Shown: piece after piece, positions 9,422 through 19,087 of the stretch | How the letters are laid out: each line of letters starts with the position of its first letter | How positions within the stretch are numbered: position 1 is the first letter of the stretch | Assembly (NCBI GenBank): GCA_947497945.1 | Contig: CANMIP010000024.1 | Location: 30,371 to 94,370, forward strand | Direction of reading: 5' to 3' | Source: an uncultured Tropicimonas sp. | GTDB lineage: Bacteria > Pseudomonadota > Alphaproteobacteria > Rhodobacterales > Rhodobacteraceae | DNA length: 64,000 nucleotides | The notes under the pieces: model-generated | Database searches by the model: none | What the model was told of the DNA's origin: nothing | Seen by the model: the letters and a program-made list of their open reading frames with translations, nothing else | Position numbers and translations under genes: made by a program

Positions 9422-10950
9422 TCTGCTGCCTCCATCGGAGTGTCGGACGTGGCCGTGCCGAATTCCAGCGCCATCAGGCCGGCATAATCAAGCGCGCCCT
9501 TGGCATAGGGGCCAAGGAACCCATGGGAAGTCAGGACGTAGAGCTTGTCGCATACACCCAGCACTTCCTGCGGCTCGGACGAAAACAGGATCGCCGCCTT
9601 TTGCTCGGCAACCAGGTCACCGATCAGCCGATAGACCTCGGCCTTGGCCCCGATATCGATGCCCTTTGTCGGCTCGTCCAGCAGCAGCACCTCGGCCTCG
9701 GAACAGAGCTGGCGGATAATCACCACCTTCTGCTGGTTGCCGCCTGAAAGATGGTTCGCGTCGCGACCGAGATACTCGGTCCGCATGTTCAGCTTGTCTT
9801 TCATGAGGAGGCCAAGCTGGCGCTCCCGATCCTTCTCGATCCGCCCCAACCGCGAGAGTTTCTTGAGGCTGGTCAGCGTCATGTTGGCCAATGCGGTCAG
9901 TTCCAGCACCAGCCCTTCGGCCCGGCGGTCTTCCGAGACCAGTCCGATCTTGTTTTTCAGAGCGTCCACGGGGGAGCGCAAGGTGATCGGACGACCTCTC
10001 AGACGCAGCTCGCCCTCCACCACGGGCCTGAGCCCGGAGAGGACATGGGCAAGCTCCGTCTTGCCAACCCCGGCCAACCCCGTAATGCCGACAACCTCGC
10101 CGGCATGCGCCTGAATGGAAATCGGATGCGTCTTGCGACCCTGGAACGTGCTGATGACAACCTTGTCGGTCTCCAGCATCAGCTCCCCGATATGGGACAC
10201 CGTCCGCGCAAATTCGTTGGCAACGGCACTGCCGACCATGGCGGCCACCAGCTTGTCCTTGGTCAGCGTGTCGTCGTTGATGAAGTTGCCGACATGTTCC
10301 CCGTCGCGCAGCACGACGATGCGATCGCAGATCTCCAGCATCTCTTCCAGACGGTGAGAGATGAAGACGCTCGCCTTGCCTTCGCCCTTCAGCTTTTTCA
10401 GAAGCTTGAACAGGGATTGCGTCTCTTCGCCGGTGAGGGAGGCCGTGGGCTCGTCCATGACGAACACATCGCCCCCCTGCATCACCCGCCGGGCAATGGC
10501 CACCATCTGCTGGGAGCCCTTGGGAAGGTTGCCGGTCAGGTGTTCCGGATCGACCTGCTGGCTGTCCAGCTCGGCCAGGATTGCCCGCGTATCGGCCAGC
10601 ATCTGGCGTTTGGACAGGCCGAAAGCGCCGCTTTCCTCATGGCCGAGGAAGATGTTCTCGACCACGGTCAACTCGTCGACCAGCAACACCTCCTGCGGGA
10701 TCATTGCGATCCCTTCGGCCTGTGCGGCCTGCGGCCCGGAGAATTCGACCGGCTTGCCGTGCATCACGATATCGCCCGAGGTTGGCTGCTCGATCCCGCA
10801 CAGGATGCGCATCAGGGTCGACTTGCCGGCGCCGTTCTCGCCGATCAACCCGAGGATCTCCCCCTCGCCAATCTCGAAATCCACCTCGTTGAGGGCGCGC
10901 GTTCCGGCGTATTGCTTGCAGATCTTGCTGGCTGTCAGGATGTTTTTCAT
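9418..10950 (-). CDS. Sugar ABC transporter ATP-binding protein, duplicated ABC domains (RbsA-like)
   Basis: True start MKNILTASKICKQYAG at 10950. First Walker A is GENGAGKST, second P-loop is GLAGVGKTE, signature LSGGNQQK. 510 aa is typical of CUT2 ATPases. The 627-aa ORF extension is non-genic. Confidence 0.9.
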   Translation of the reverse strand: MKNILTASKICKQYAGTRALNEVDFEIGEGEILGLIGENGAGKSTLMRILCGIEQPTSGDIVMHGKPVEFSGPQAAQAEGIAMIPQEVLLVDELTVVENIFLGHEESGAFGLSKRQMLADTRAILAELDSQQVDPEHLTGNLPKGSQQMVAIARRVMQGGDVFVMDEPTASLTGEETQSLFKLLKKLKGEGKASVFISHRLEEMLEICDRIVVLRDGEHVGNFINDDTLTKDKLVAAMVGSAVANEFARTVSHIGELMLETDKVVISTFQGRKTHPISIQAHAGEVVGITGLAGVGKTELAHVLSGLRPVVEGELRLRGRPITLRSPVDALKNKIGLVSEDRRAEGLVLELTALANMTLTSLKKLSRLGRIEKDRERQLGLLMKDKLNMRTEYLGRDANHLSGGNQQKVVIIRQLCSEAEVLLLDEPTKGIDIGAKAEVYRLIGDLVAEQKAAILFSSEPQEVLGVCDKLYVLTSHGFLGPYAKGALDYAGLMALEFGTATSDTPMEAAE

Positions 10951-11975
10951 CACGACACCTTCTTGCGGTTGGTCAACACGTCGAGGGTGACGGCGCCAAC
11001 GATGATGCCGCCGATGGCAACCTGCTGCCAGGCAGTCGGAACACCGGAGATGTTCAACCCCGAGCGCATGGTGGCGAGGATCAGGCAGCCCATCAGCGTG
11101 CCAAACAGGCGCGCGCGGCCCCCGGCCATGGTGTTGCCACCGATGATCGGCGCGGCCAGCGCTTCCAGCCACTCGGTGGACAGGCCCGCGGTGGGCTCGG
11201 CGGCATCGAAGGAGGCCGTCAGCGTGTATCCGGCAAGCACCGCCATGATGCCCTGGAAGGCATAGACGCCGATGCGCAGCGCATTCACCCGCACGCCGCA
11301 AATGTAACAGGTGTTCTCGTTGCCGCCGATGCCGCGGATCTGGATGCCCAGCCGCGTGCGGTGCATCACCACCATGGTCAACAGCAGCCCGCCAAGCCCG
11401 ATGACCATGACCATCTCGTCCTTGAAGGCAGAGGTGAAGGCTTCGGGAAGGTCGAATGCGGGCGAGCCGCCGGAAATGATCAGAGTCATCCCGCGGGCAA
11501 GGCTCAGCATTGCCAGCGTGGCGATGAAGGGTTGCAGCTTGAGATAGGAGATGATCGAGCCATTGAAGGCGCCGATCCCGGCCCCCAGCAAGAGCCCGGC
11601 CAGCGCGGCCGGAAGGACGGGCGTCCCGAGGTTCATCAACGTCGCCGCCACCATCGAGGACAGCGCCAGCGTGGCGCCGATCGACACGTCGATGCCGCCC
11701 GTGGCAATCACCAGCGTCATGCCGGTTGCCATGATGAGCGTGAAGGAAGCGTTTGTGAGAATGCGCTCAAGGACGAGTGTATTCAGGAAGTAAGGAGAAG
11801 CCTGGCTGAAGATCAACACCAGGATCGCCAGTGCGAGGATCAGGCCCCAGCTCTCGCGCAAGGCACGCCAGGAAAGCCGAAACATGCTCTCGATGGCAGC
11901 GGGAAGCATGGTGATCAGCCCGGAGCTTTCGCGGCCTGCGCCGCCGATTAGTCGTGCGTCTGTCATCGGGAACAC
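10950..11975 (-). CDS. Sugar ABC transporter permease (RbsC/CUT2-type), second copy
   Basis: GGIDVSIGAT motif and multi-TM profile. The stop overlaps the ATPase start by 1 nt. The exact start is uncertain (11975 or 11966). Confidence 0.85.
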   Translation of the reverse strand: MFPMTDARLIGGAGRESSGLITMLPAAIESMFRLSWRALRESWGLILALAILVLIFSQASPYFLNTLVLERILTNASFTLIMATGMTLVIATGGIDVSIGATLALSSMVAATLMNLGTPVLPAALAGLLLGAGIGAFNGSIISYLKLQPFIATLAMLSLARGMTLIISGGSPAFDLPEAFTSAFKDEMVMVIGLGGLLLTMVVMHRTRLGIQIRGIGGNENTCYICGVRVNALRIGVYAFQGIMAVLAGYTLTASFDAAEPTAGLSTEWLEALAAPIIGGNTMAGGRARLFGTLMGCLILATMRSGLNISGVPTAWQQVAIGGIIVGAVTLDVLTNRKKVS

Positions 11976-12042
11976 CTCTCAAGACGGATGACCCGGGGCA
12001 CGCTGGAGAACACACGCACCCCGGGGCAATCAAGCTGACGGA

Positions 12043-13101
12043 TCAGTTGGTCAGCTTGGCCATGCCGGAATAGTACCGGCCGTAATTGGCGATCTTGTCG
12101 TCGATGTTCGACTTGTCCCAGATCTCCTGGTTGGCAAAGAGCGTCTCGGGGATCTTGTCGCCCATGCCTTCAAGATGGAGGATCGCGGCTTCGATCGTGT
12201 TGTAGCCGTTTTCATACTGCATGAAGGCCACGGAGGCGGTCAGTTCGTCATTCTGGATCGCGGCAACCGCGTCCGGAATACCGTCGCAGCCCATGACGAT
12301 CATGTCGCCCAGCTTGCCAGCGTTCTTCAGCGCCTGGATCGCACCGAGAGCCATGTTGTCGTTGGAGGCGGAGAGGCACTTGATGTCGGGATTGGCCTGG
12401 ATCATGTCGGCAGCCACGTCCATCGCCTTCTTGCGGTCCCAGTCGGCGGGCAGCACGGCGACGCTTTCAAGTTGCGGGAACTTGGCCAACTCGGTCTCGT
12501 AGCCTTCAAGGCGTTGCGTGGCCGCGGTCGACCCCGGGAAGCCCATGATATGGGCGATCTGGCCGCCTTCATCGCCCAGCTTCTCCGCACAGTAGCGCAC
12601 GTGGTGGCGCATCTGCTCGGCCCAGTCTGTCGAGATGAAGGAGATGATGTCGATATTGTGCTTTTCCTGATCTTCCTTGGAGATATAGGCGTCGTTCACG
12701 TTGATCAGCGGAATGCCCATCTTGGTCGCACGCGCGGCGGGCTCCAGCAGGTTCGATGTCGAGGACGGGTTCACAGCGATCAGGTCGAACTGGCGCACCA
12801 GCATGTCTTCCATCAGCTGTTTCTGGATCAGCAGATCCGTCTCGCCGGGCGCGGCGAAGAACTCGACCTTCACGCCATACTTGTCGGCGGCGTCCTGGAA
12901 CCCGTTCTTCAGGTCGATGAAATAGTCGTTGTTGAAGGTCTTCAGGATCACGCCGATCCGGTATTCCTTGCTGGGCACCGGAATCTCGCCGAAGGGCTCG
13001 TAGAGCGCCATGCGGTCTTCACCGGCGGCAACCGGCGCGGCAATGCCGAAGGTCGCGGCGACAGCCATAAGAGAAACGGTTTTTGTGAGTTTGGACAGCA
13101 T
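12043..13101 (-). CDS. Periplasmic sugar-binding protein (CUT2 / RbsB-type SBP)
   Basis: True start MLSKLTKTVSLMAVAATFGIAAPVAAGE (signal peptide) at ATG 13101, preceded by an AAGGGAGGA RBS. Periplasmic-binding-protein type I fold signature is present (IGVILKTFNNDYF..., PADWDR). Confidence 0.88.
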   Translation of the reverse strand: MLSKLTKTVSLMAVAATFGIAAPVAAGEDRMALYEPFGEIPVPSKEYRIGVILKTFNNDYFIDLKNGFQDAADKYGVKVEFFAAPGETDLLIQKQLMEDMLVRQFDLIAVNPSSTSNLLEPAARATKMGIPLINVNDAYISKEDQEKHNIDIISFISTDWAEQMRHHVRYCAEKLGDEGGQIAHIMGFPGSTAATQRLEGYETELAKFPQLESVAVLPADWDRKKAMDVAADMIQANPDIKCLSASNDNMALGAIQALKNAGKLGDMIVMGCDGIPDAVAAIQNDELTASVAFMQYENGYNTIEAAILHLEGMGDKIPETLFANQEIWDKSNIDDKIANYGRYYSGMAKLTN

Positions 13102-13374
13102 CGGAATCCTCCCTTGATGCCTGGACTTGGCAATACGCATCCACACGCCCGGAAAGCTCCGAGCGTTTTCTGCGGACTGACATTGAATCGAATGGCTTTC
13201 GCCTGGTGGTCCGGTCGGACAGCTTGTCATGGCGCTGCGAGTCGGACGTAATCTCCCTCTCTCGATAGCAGTGAGCTGGTACGGATCCGGGGTCTCAAGC
13301 GGGGTTCAACCGCATATCGCGCGGTTGAGTCGGTCCCGTTCGGCCATCGGACCATCGACAGCTCAATTCATGCG

Positions 13375-13397
13375 ACATATGTAAACATATGATGTTT
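13375..13397. promoter_or_regulatory. Candidate operator: ACATATGT immediately followed by AAACAT-ATG-ATGTTT
   Basis: Perfect 6+3+6 inverted repeat AAACATATGATGTTT at 13383-13397, in an AT-rich island about 280 bp upstream of the SBP start at 13101. An identical 15-mer occurs at 22916-22930 and a variant at 13726-13740. Confidence 0.55.
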
Positions 13398-13725
13398 GAC
13401 GGGTCCAGAGTTTTATCGCCTCCCGCGCCCTGCAGCCGGAGAACACGACGGTGATCGCGTCTGGCATTCAGATTAATGGTATGAAACAATAAGACAAATG
13501 ACGCTTCTCTGGCGGAACGCCCAATCGACATCCATGACCTTGCCGGCATCGGCCCCACAACGGCCCAAAACCGGCAGAATCACCAGGACGCGATTGGCTC
13601 TGCCCTACTTGATTGTGCAGGGATGCCACTTTATCGGTTGCTCAATGCGTTAAGCTTTCCGCCGTATGAAGCAATGCGCCCGCGTGTTCCAAGCCGCTTC
13701 ACCGCAAGAACGAGATAGACTCTCC

Positions 13726-13740
13726 AAACATCGTATGTTG
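13726..13740. promoter_or_regulatory. Candidate autoregulatory operator variant AAACAT-CGT-ATGTTG
   Basis: Same half-sites and 3-bp spacer, with one mismatch in the right arm. Ends 12 bp upstream of the GntR ATG at 13752. Confidence 0.45.
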
Positions 13741-13751
13741 ATATAAATATC

Positions 13752-14489
13752 ATGAATGAGCTCCTCTACTACGACCTGAAACAGACCTCCGGCTTGACCC
13801 ACAGCCTTTCGGCGCAGGTGTCTCGAGAACTCGGCCGCAAGATCGTTTCAGGGCATTACCGTCCCGGTGACCTGCTGGAAGACGAGGCCGCTCTGGCTGA
13901 CCGTTACCGTGTCAGCCGTTCCGTCATTCGCGACGCGGTGAAGGTCCTGGTTGGCAAGGGGTTGCTCGAAGTCCGTCGCGGCATCGGGACCCGGGTTCGC
14001 AACAGGAACAACTGGGGTCTGCTGGATGATGACGTTCTCGCCTGGCACCAGGCGGCTCCCCCAAACCCGGATCTGCTGCGGCAGTTGATGGACATCCGGA
14101 GGGTGATCGAACCCAAGGCTGCACGATGGGCCGCCGAACTGGGCAGCGAAGAAGCCCATGCAGAGATCGCCGCGTCGCAAGACAGCATGGAGCAGGAAAA
14201 GGGCTCCATCGAGGATTACATCATCGCGGATGCCCGCTTCCACCGGGCGCTCCTGCGGGCTGCTGGCAACGACTTCCTGCGGGCGATGGAAGGGGTGATC
14301 TTCACCGCCCTGCTCAACTCGATCCGCCTGACCAACAAGGATCCGCGCGACAATGCGGCGTCGATCCCGTTTCACCGGGCGATCACGGATGCCGTTCTTG
14401 CGCGAGATGGAGACTCCGCCGAAGCGAGCATGGAAGAACACCTTGAGGATGCCTGGCAACGGCTCCGGGACTACATGAAAGAGACGTAG
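13752..14489 (+). CDS. GntR-family transcriptional regulator, FadR subfamily (FCD domain), DgoR-like by context
   Basis: N-terminal wHTH (LEDEAALADRYRVSRSVIRDAVKVLVGKGLLEVRRGIGTRV) and an all-helical FCD C-terminal domain. dgoK and dgoA lie directly downstream. Confidence 0.88.
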   Translation: MNELLYYDLKQTSGLTHSLSAQVSRELGRKIVSGHYRPGDLLEDEAALADRYRVSRSVIRDAVKVLVGKGLLEVRRGIGTRVRNRNNWGLLDDDVLAWHQAAPPNPDLLRQLMDIRRVIEPKAARWAAELGSEEAHAEIAASQDSMEQEKGSIEDYIIADARFHRALLRAAGNDFLRAMEGVIFTALLNSIRLTNKDPRDNAASIPFHRAITDAVLARDGDSAEASMEEHLEDAWQRLRDYMKET

Positions 14490-14659
14490 GGAGATTGATC
14501 GGGAGAGCCGGGCCCGCGATCTGACAAGGGTGCCTTCAGCGCCCTATATCGAACCTGGATTGGTTTTTTCTGCGGACGCCGCGAATTTCCGACCCAGACG
14601 GCCGTTTGCCACCCGGAGCCTTGAAGGCATAGCCAGCGGCAAGCCAGAGGATAAGCAAC

Positions 14660-15595
14660 ATGGAAACAGCCCATTGGATCGCCGCAGATTGGGGAACCTC
14701 CAATCTAAGGATCTGGGCCATGGGAGCGGCGGGGGAGCCGTTCCACCACAGATCGTCCGAAAACGGCATGGGAACCCTTGAGCGCGCGGAGTTCGAACCA
14801 GCCCTCCTGGCGCTTGTCGGCGACCTGCTCCCGAAAGATACGGTGACGCCAGTCATCTGCTGCGGGATGGTCGGAGCCCGGCAGGGCTGGCATGAGGCGC
14901 CCTACATGTCGCTCCCGTGCCTCACACCGGAACCCTCCGCCTGCGCAGTTGCCCCGACATCGGACCCGCGCCTTGATGTGCGTATCCTGCCCGGCGTCAA
15001 ACAGGACAACCCAGCCGATGTCATGCGCGGAGAGGAGACGCAGATCCTCGGGTTTCTCAGGTTGGAACCAGGCTTCGAAGGCATCCTGTGTTTGCCGGGA
15101 ACCCATACGAAATGGGTTGAAATTGCCGGCGGAAAGATCCGCTCGTTTCGAACCTGCATGACGGGTGAGGTCTTTGCCCTTCTGAGCAAATCCTCGGTGC
15201 TTCGGCATTCGGTCTCGGGCGCGGGTTGGGACGGTACGGAGTTTGATCGGGCGGTACGCAAGGCGACAGCGACGGCCCATGGCGAGGCCCCTGCCCTGCT
15301 CGACAGCCTGTTTTCCATCCGCGCGGCCGACTTGTTGCATGGCGCGCCACCGGCGGCCGCGCGGGCGCGGCTCTCTGGCTTGCTGATAGGCGCCGAAATC
15401 GCCGGTCTGCGTTCTATGTTGGACGGGCGTTCGACCGCACTGCTCGGGACCCAGGCCCTGTCGGACCTTTACCGAACTGCACTCTCGTTTGCGGGGCGCC
15501 CAGCCCAAGCCGTTGATGCAGACGCAATGACGCTTTCCGGCCTGACGGCCGCCTTTGCTTCTCTCAAGGAGACCTGTTCATGGACCGCCCCCTGA
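14660..15595 (+). CDS. dgoK: 2-dehydro-3-deoxygalactonokinase
   Basis: N-terminus WIAADWGTSNLRIW is the DgoK signature. 311 aa, and its 3' end overlaps dgoA. Confidence 0.85.
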   Translation: METAHWIAADWGTSNLRIWAMGAAGEPFHHRSSENGMGTLERAEFEPALLALVGDLLPKDTVTPVICCGMVGARQGWHEAPYMSLPCLTPEPSACAVAPTSDPRLDVRILPGVKQDNPADVMRGEETQILGFLRLEPGFEGILCLPGTHTKWVEIAGGKIRSFRTCMTGEVFALLSKSSVLRHSVSGAGWDGTEFDRAVRKATATAHGEAPALLDSLFSIRAADLLHGAPPAAARARLSGLLIGAEIAGLRSMLDGRSTALLGTQALSDLYRTALSFAGRPAQAVDADAMTLSGLTAAFASLKETCSWTAP

Positions 15596-16191
15596 TTGCC
15601 ATCCTGCGTGGCGTAACCCCGAACGAGGTGGTCGCCATCGGTCGGGCGCTGCTTGACTCCGGCATCACCCGAATGGAAGTGCCGCTGAACTCGCCCGATC
15701 CGTTGGACAGCATCGCCCGATTGGCCGGTGCCGTTGGCAGTGACGCGCTTGTGGGGGCGGGAACGGTGCTGTCCGAAGAGGACGTTCACGCGGTTGCCGA
15801 CTCCGGAGGCCGGATGATCGTTTCACCAGATTGCAATCCGGCCGTGATCTCCGCCGCAAAAGCCGGTGGCATGAAGTCCTATCCCGGGGTCTTCACCCCG
15901 AGCGAGTGTTTCGCGGCGCTGCGGGCCGGTGCGGATGGGTTGAAGCTCTTCCCGGCGTCCCTGATCGGCCCAGCCGGGCTCGGCGCGCTTCGAGCCGTCC
16001 TGCCCGCTGACACGGAAACCTATGCTGTCGGCGGTGCTGGCCCGGAGAATTTCGCAGAGTGGCTGAAGGCCGGGATCACCGGGTTTGGAATTGGAACCAG
16101 CCTCTATAGCCCGGGTTTCTCCGCCGACGATGTCCGCGCCCGCGCGCAGAAAATGGTAGAAGCCTATGATGCGGGCATCGCGCTGCGGTGA
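15580..16191 (+). CDS. dgoA: 2-dehydro-3-deoxy-6-phosphogalactonate aldolase
   Basis: MDRPLIAILRGVTPNEVVAIGRALLDSGITRMEVPLNSP is typical of the KDPGal/KDPG aldolase family. 203 aa, with a 16-nt overlap with dgoK. Confidence 0.88.
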   Translation: MDRPLIAILRGVTPNEVVAIGRALLDSGITRMEVPLNSPDPLDSIARLAGAVGSDALVGAGTVLSEEDVHAVADSGGRMIVSPDCNPAVISAAKAGGMKSYPGVFTPSECFAALRAGADGLKLFPASLIGPAGLGALRAVLPADTETYAVGGAGPENFAEWLKAGITGFGIGTSLYSPGFSADDVRARAQKMVEAYDAGIALR

Positions 16192-16254
16192 AACGTCTGG
16201 CACGGCCTGTTCAAGCGTGACAGGCCGCATCCAGGTCTCTTCGGGCGCTTGCCG

Positions 16255-17415
16255 TCAGACTTCGTATTTCGCGATCACATCCGGATCCGGTTCGACACCG
16301 ATACCGGGGCCTTGCGGGATCGCGACCCGGCCCGTGCGGGCGACCTGGCCCTGGATGTCCAGCGGCTCCTTCAGAAGCTCGTCACGGAAACGGTTCTCGG
16401 TCGTGTCGAATTCCAGCATCGGCTCCCAGGGGAACAGCCCGCCCGGCATCGGCGGCATCGCCGCCAGAAGCTGCAGGTTCGTCGCCACCGAAATCGCCGA
16501 GCCCCAGACGTGATTTGCCACCGGTGTGAAATGCGCATGCGCCAGCGCCAGCACCCGCAGGTACTCGGTGATCCCGCCAAGCGCGCAGACCTCCGGCTGG
16601 GCGATATCCAGCCCACGGTTCTCGAGGATCTGCCGCCAGCCCCAGCGGTTGAATTCCGCTTCGCCGCCCGAGATGTTCACCTTCAGCCCAGCCCGCAATT
16701 CGCGATAGCCATCAAGGTCTTCCGGCGCCACCGGCTCCTCGAACCAATAGGCGCCAAGCTCCTCCAGCGCGCGCCCGACATAGAACGCATCGGCCGTCAT
16801 GTAAGCGTGGTTTGCATCCGCCATGAACGGGAAGTCGTCGCCCACACCGCGGCGAACCGCCTCCGCCAGGATCACGTCGTCCTTGGGTCCCTGCCCGATC
16901 TTCATCTTGGTCGCGACAAAGCCCATGTCCTTGATCGCCGCCGCCTCGTCGACGAACCGCGCCGCCATATCGGCCGTGCTCTCGGGGCGCAGCATCATGC
17001 CATAGCCATATGCCGTCACGCTTGTCCGATGCGCCCCGCCGATCAGCTTGTGAACCGGCAATCCGGCGATCTTGCCCGCGAGATCCCACAGCGCGATGTC
17101 GACACCCGAAAGCGACTGCATCGGCATGCCCTTCTGGCCGTGGTCGCGCATCAGGTTGTAGACCTTGTGCCAGATCACGTCGCGATCCAGCGGGTCCATG
17201 CCGAGGATCATCGGCGCGATGACGCCTTCGACGATGCCCTTGTTTGCCAGAGCGATATTGCCAGGGCCAAAACACTCGCCCCAACCGACCAGCCCCTCAT
17301 CGGTCACAATCTCCACCAGATGGGCGGAGCGCTTGCTGTAATACTGCTGCGAATACCCAAGCACCTCGGGCATATCGCATTGCAAAACGTGGCTGCGGAC
17401 CGAGACAATCTTCAT
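16255..17415 (-). CDS. Enolase-superfamily acid-sugar dehydratase, mandelate racemase subgroup (galactonate-type dehydratase by context)
   Basis: 386 aa. Features VGWGEC, a KxK motif (ATKMKIG), metal ligands in ADANHAY / FEEP / GGE context, and His in ANHVWGS. Ends with PGIGVEPDPDVIAKYEV. Confidence 0.85.
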   Translation of the reverse strand: MKIVSVRSHVLQCDMPEVLGYSQQYYSKRSAHLVEIVTDEGLVGWGECFGPGNIALANKGIVEGVIAPMILGMDPLDRDVIWHKVYNLMRDHGQKGMPMQSLSGVDIALWDLAGKIAGLPVHKLIGGAHRTSVTAYGYGMMLRPESTADMAARFVDEAAAIKDMGFVATKMKIGQGPKDDVILAEAVRRGVGDDFPFMADANHAYMTADAFYVGRALEELGAYWFEEPVAPEDLDGYRELRAGLKVNISGGEAEFNRWGWRQILENRGLDIAQPEVCALGGITEYLRVLALAHAHFTPVANHVWGSAISVATNLQLLAAMPPMPGGLFPWEPMLEFDTTENRFRDELLKEPLDIQGQVARTGRVAIPQGPGIGVEPDPDVIAKYEV

Positions 17416-17445
17416 TTGGTTTCCTTTTGAGGTCGGGCGGTCCGT

Positions 17446-19071
17446 TCAGTCGAACAGGGTCGCGATGTTCTTCTTGATGCTGTCGCCGATATAGAGAGCG
17501 AGAGCCTGAATTGTGGAGGTCGGGTTCACTGCGCCGGCTGTGACAAAGATCGACGCGTCGACAATGAAGAGGTTCTTCACGTCATGACAGCGTCCCCAGC
17601 CATTTACCACCGAGGTCGCCGGATCGTTGCCCATCCGCGCGGTTCCCATCTGGTGCCAGCCTGCCCGGCGCCAGACCTTGCCGTCGCGCCCACCGCCATC
17701 GGCAACGATCTCCCTTGCGCCAGCGGCCAGCAAAGCTTCGGCCGCGCGCGCTTCACCATGGGCGAACATCTTGAGCGTGTTTTCACCGATCTTGTAGGTG
17801 ATCTTCGGTGCCGGGATGCCGTCGCTATCGGTCAGATCCGGGTCGAGCGTGACACAGTTATGTTCTTCGGGCAGATCCTCGGTGACGATGGTCAGCCCCG
17901 CGATGTAGGGGAAGACATCATCCATCCGCTTGCGATGCTCCGCCCCCCAGGGGATCGGGTCGTCAACGCCGTAGCCACCAAGCGCATAGGTTGCGGGCGG
18001 GTGCGACCGCCCGGCATGCAGACCGTATCCGCGAACGAAATCGCGGTTCGGATCGGTCTCGTAGAACTCCTGGCTCAGGATCGAGCAGGCAACCGGCCCC
18101 TTGAAGCCATCCATCGGTTCATCAAAACGCCCGGTGACGCCGGACAACGGATGAAACATCAGGTTCTTGCCGACCATGCCGCTCGAATTGGCCAGCCCGT
18201 CCGGAAAGAGCTTCGAGACCGAGTTCAGCAGCAGCCGTGGCGTTCCAACACCGTTGCATGCGACCACAACCATTTCGGCAAGCTGTTCGTGCACATTGCC
18301 GTCGCGGTCATGATAGCGCACCCCCTTGGCGAAGCCGTCATCGCCAACGATGATCTCGCGCACGCGGGCGCCGGTCCGAAGTTCCACCCCGGCCCGCTCA
18401 AGCATCGGCCAGTAGGTGATATCCGTGCTCGCCTTCGCGCCGGCGGCGCAGCCAAGATCGCAGGTACCGGCGTTGACGCATTTGCTGCGCCCGTCATTGT
18501 CGCGAGACAGGATCGCCACATCGGAAGGCCACCAGTGCCAGCCGAGCTCGTTGAACCCTTTCGCCAATGTCTGGCCGAGCTTTCCGATCGGGATCGGCGG
18601 ATTTGGCGGGGTGTAGGCCGGATAGGCCGGGTTCCCCGCCAGACCGGAGACGCCCATGATCCGGTCGTTCTCCTCGAAGAACGGCTCCAGCGTGGCGTAA
18701 TCCACCGGCCAGTCCTCGGCGACACCGTCGAGGCTCCGCGTTCGGAAATCCGACGGCTTCATCCGCGGCCAGTGGCCAAGATAGTTGATCGTCGAGCCGC
18801 CGACAGCGTTATAGTTCACCGGCATGATCGGGCTGTCATCGGCATTGATCGGATAGTCTTCGCGCAATCCACGCACGTTTGGATCACAGGAGAACTTGCC
18901 GTATCGGGCGAGTTCATAGTCGTCCCGACGCGACGGAAAATCCTTGTCGAAGATCCAGTCGCCCTGCTCCAGGCACAGGATATGCATCCGCGTCTCCACC
19001 AGCGACCAGGCGATGGCCGCCCCAGAGGCGCCTGCGCCGATAATCAGCACATCAACGGGTTGGTTTTTCAT
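17446..19071 (-). CDS. GMC-family FAD-dependent oxidoreductase, large subunit
   Basis: N-terminal GxGxxG (VDVLIIGAGASGAAIA), C-terminal GMC block (HQMGTARMG..., NLFIVDASIFVT). 541 aa with no signal peptide. Confidence 0.88.
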   Translation of the reverse strand: MKNQPVDVLIIGAGASGAAIAWSLVETRMHILCLEQGDWIFDKDFPSRRDDYELARYGKFSCDPNVRGLREDYPINADDSPIMPVNYNAVGGSTINYLGHWPRMKPSDFRTRSLDGVAEDWPVDYATLEPFFEENDRIMGVSGLAGNPAYPAYTPPNPPIPIGKLGQTLAKGFNELGWHWWPSDVAILSRDNDGRSKCVNAGTCDLGCAAGAKASTDITYWPMLERAGVELRTGARVREIIVGDDGFAKGVRYHDRDGNVHEQLAEMVVVACNGVGTPRLLLNSVSKLFPDGLANSSGMVGKNLMFHPLSGVTGRFDEPMDGFKGPVACSILSQEFYETDPNRDFVRGYGLHAGRSHPPATYALGGYGVDDPIPWGAEHRKRMDDVFPYIAGLTIVTEDLPEEHNCVTLDPDLTDSDGIPAPKITYKIGENTLKMFAHGEARAAEALLAAGAREIVADGGGRDGKVWRRAGWHQMGTARMGNDPATSVVNGWGRCHDVKNLFIVDASIFVTAGAVNPTSTIQALALYIGDSIKKNIATLFD

Positions 19072-19087
19072 TGTGTTTCCTCCCGCC

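Noticed and set aside
13295-13558. 87-aa ORF in the long divergent intergenic region upstream of the GntR gene
   Set aside because: It lies in AT-rich promoter and leader DNA, with no RBS, no family resemblance and atypical codon usage. The region is better explained as regulatory sequence containing the operator motif.
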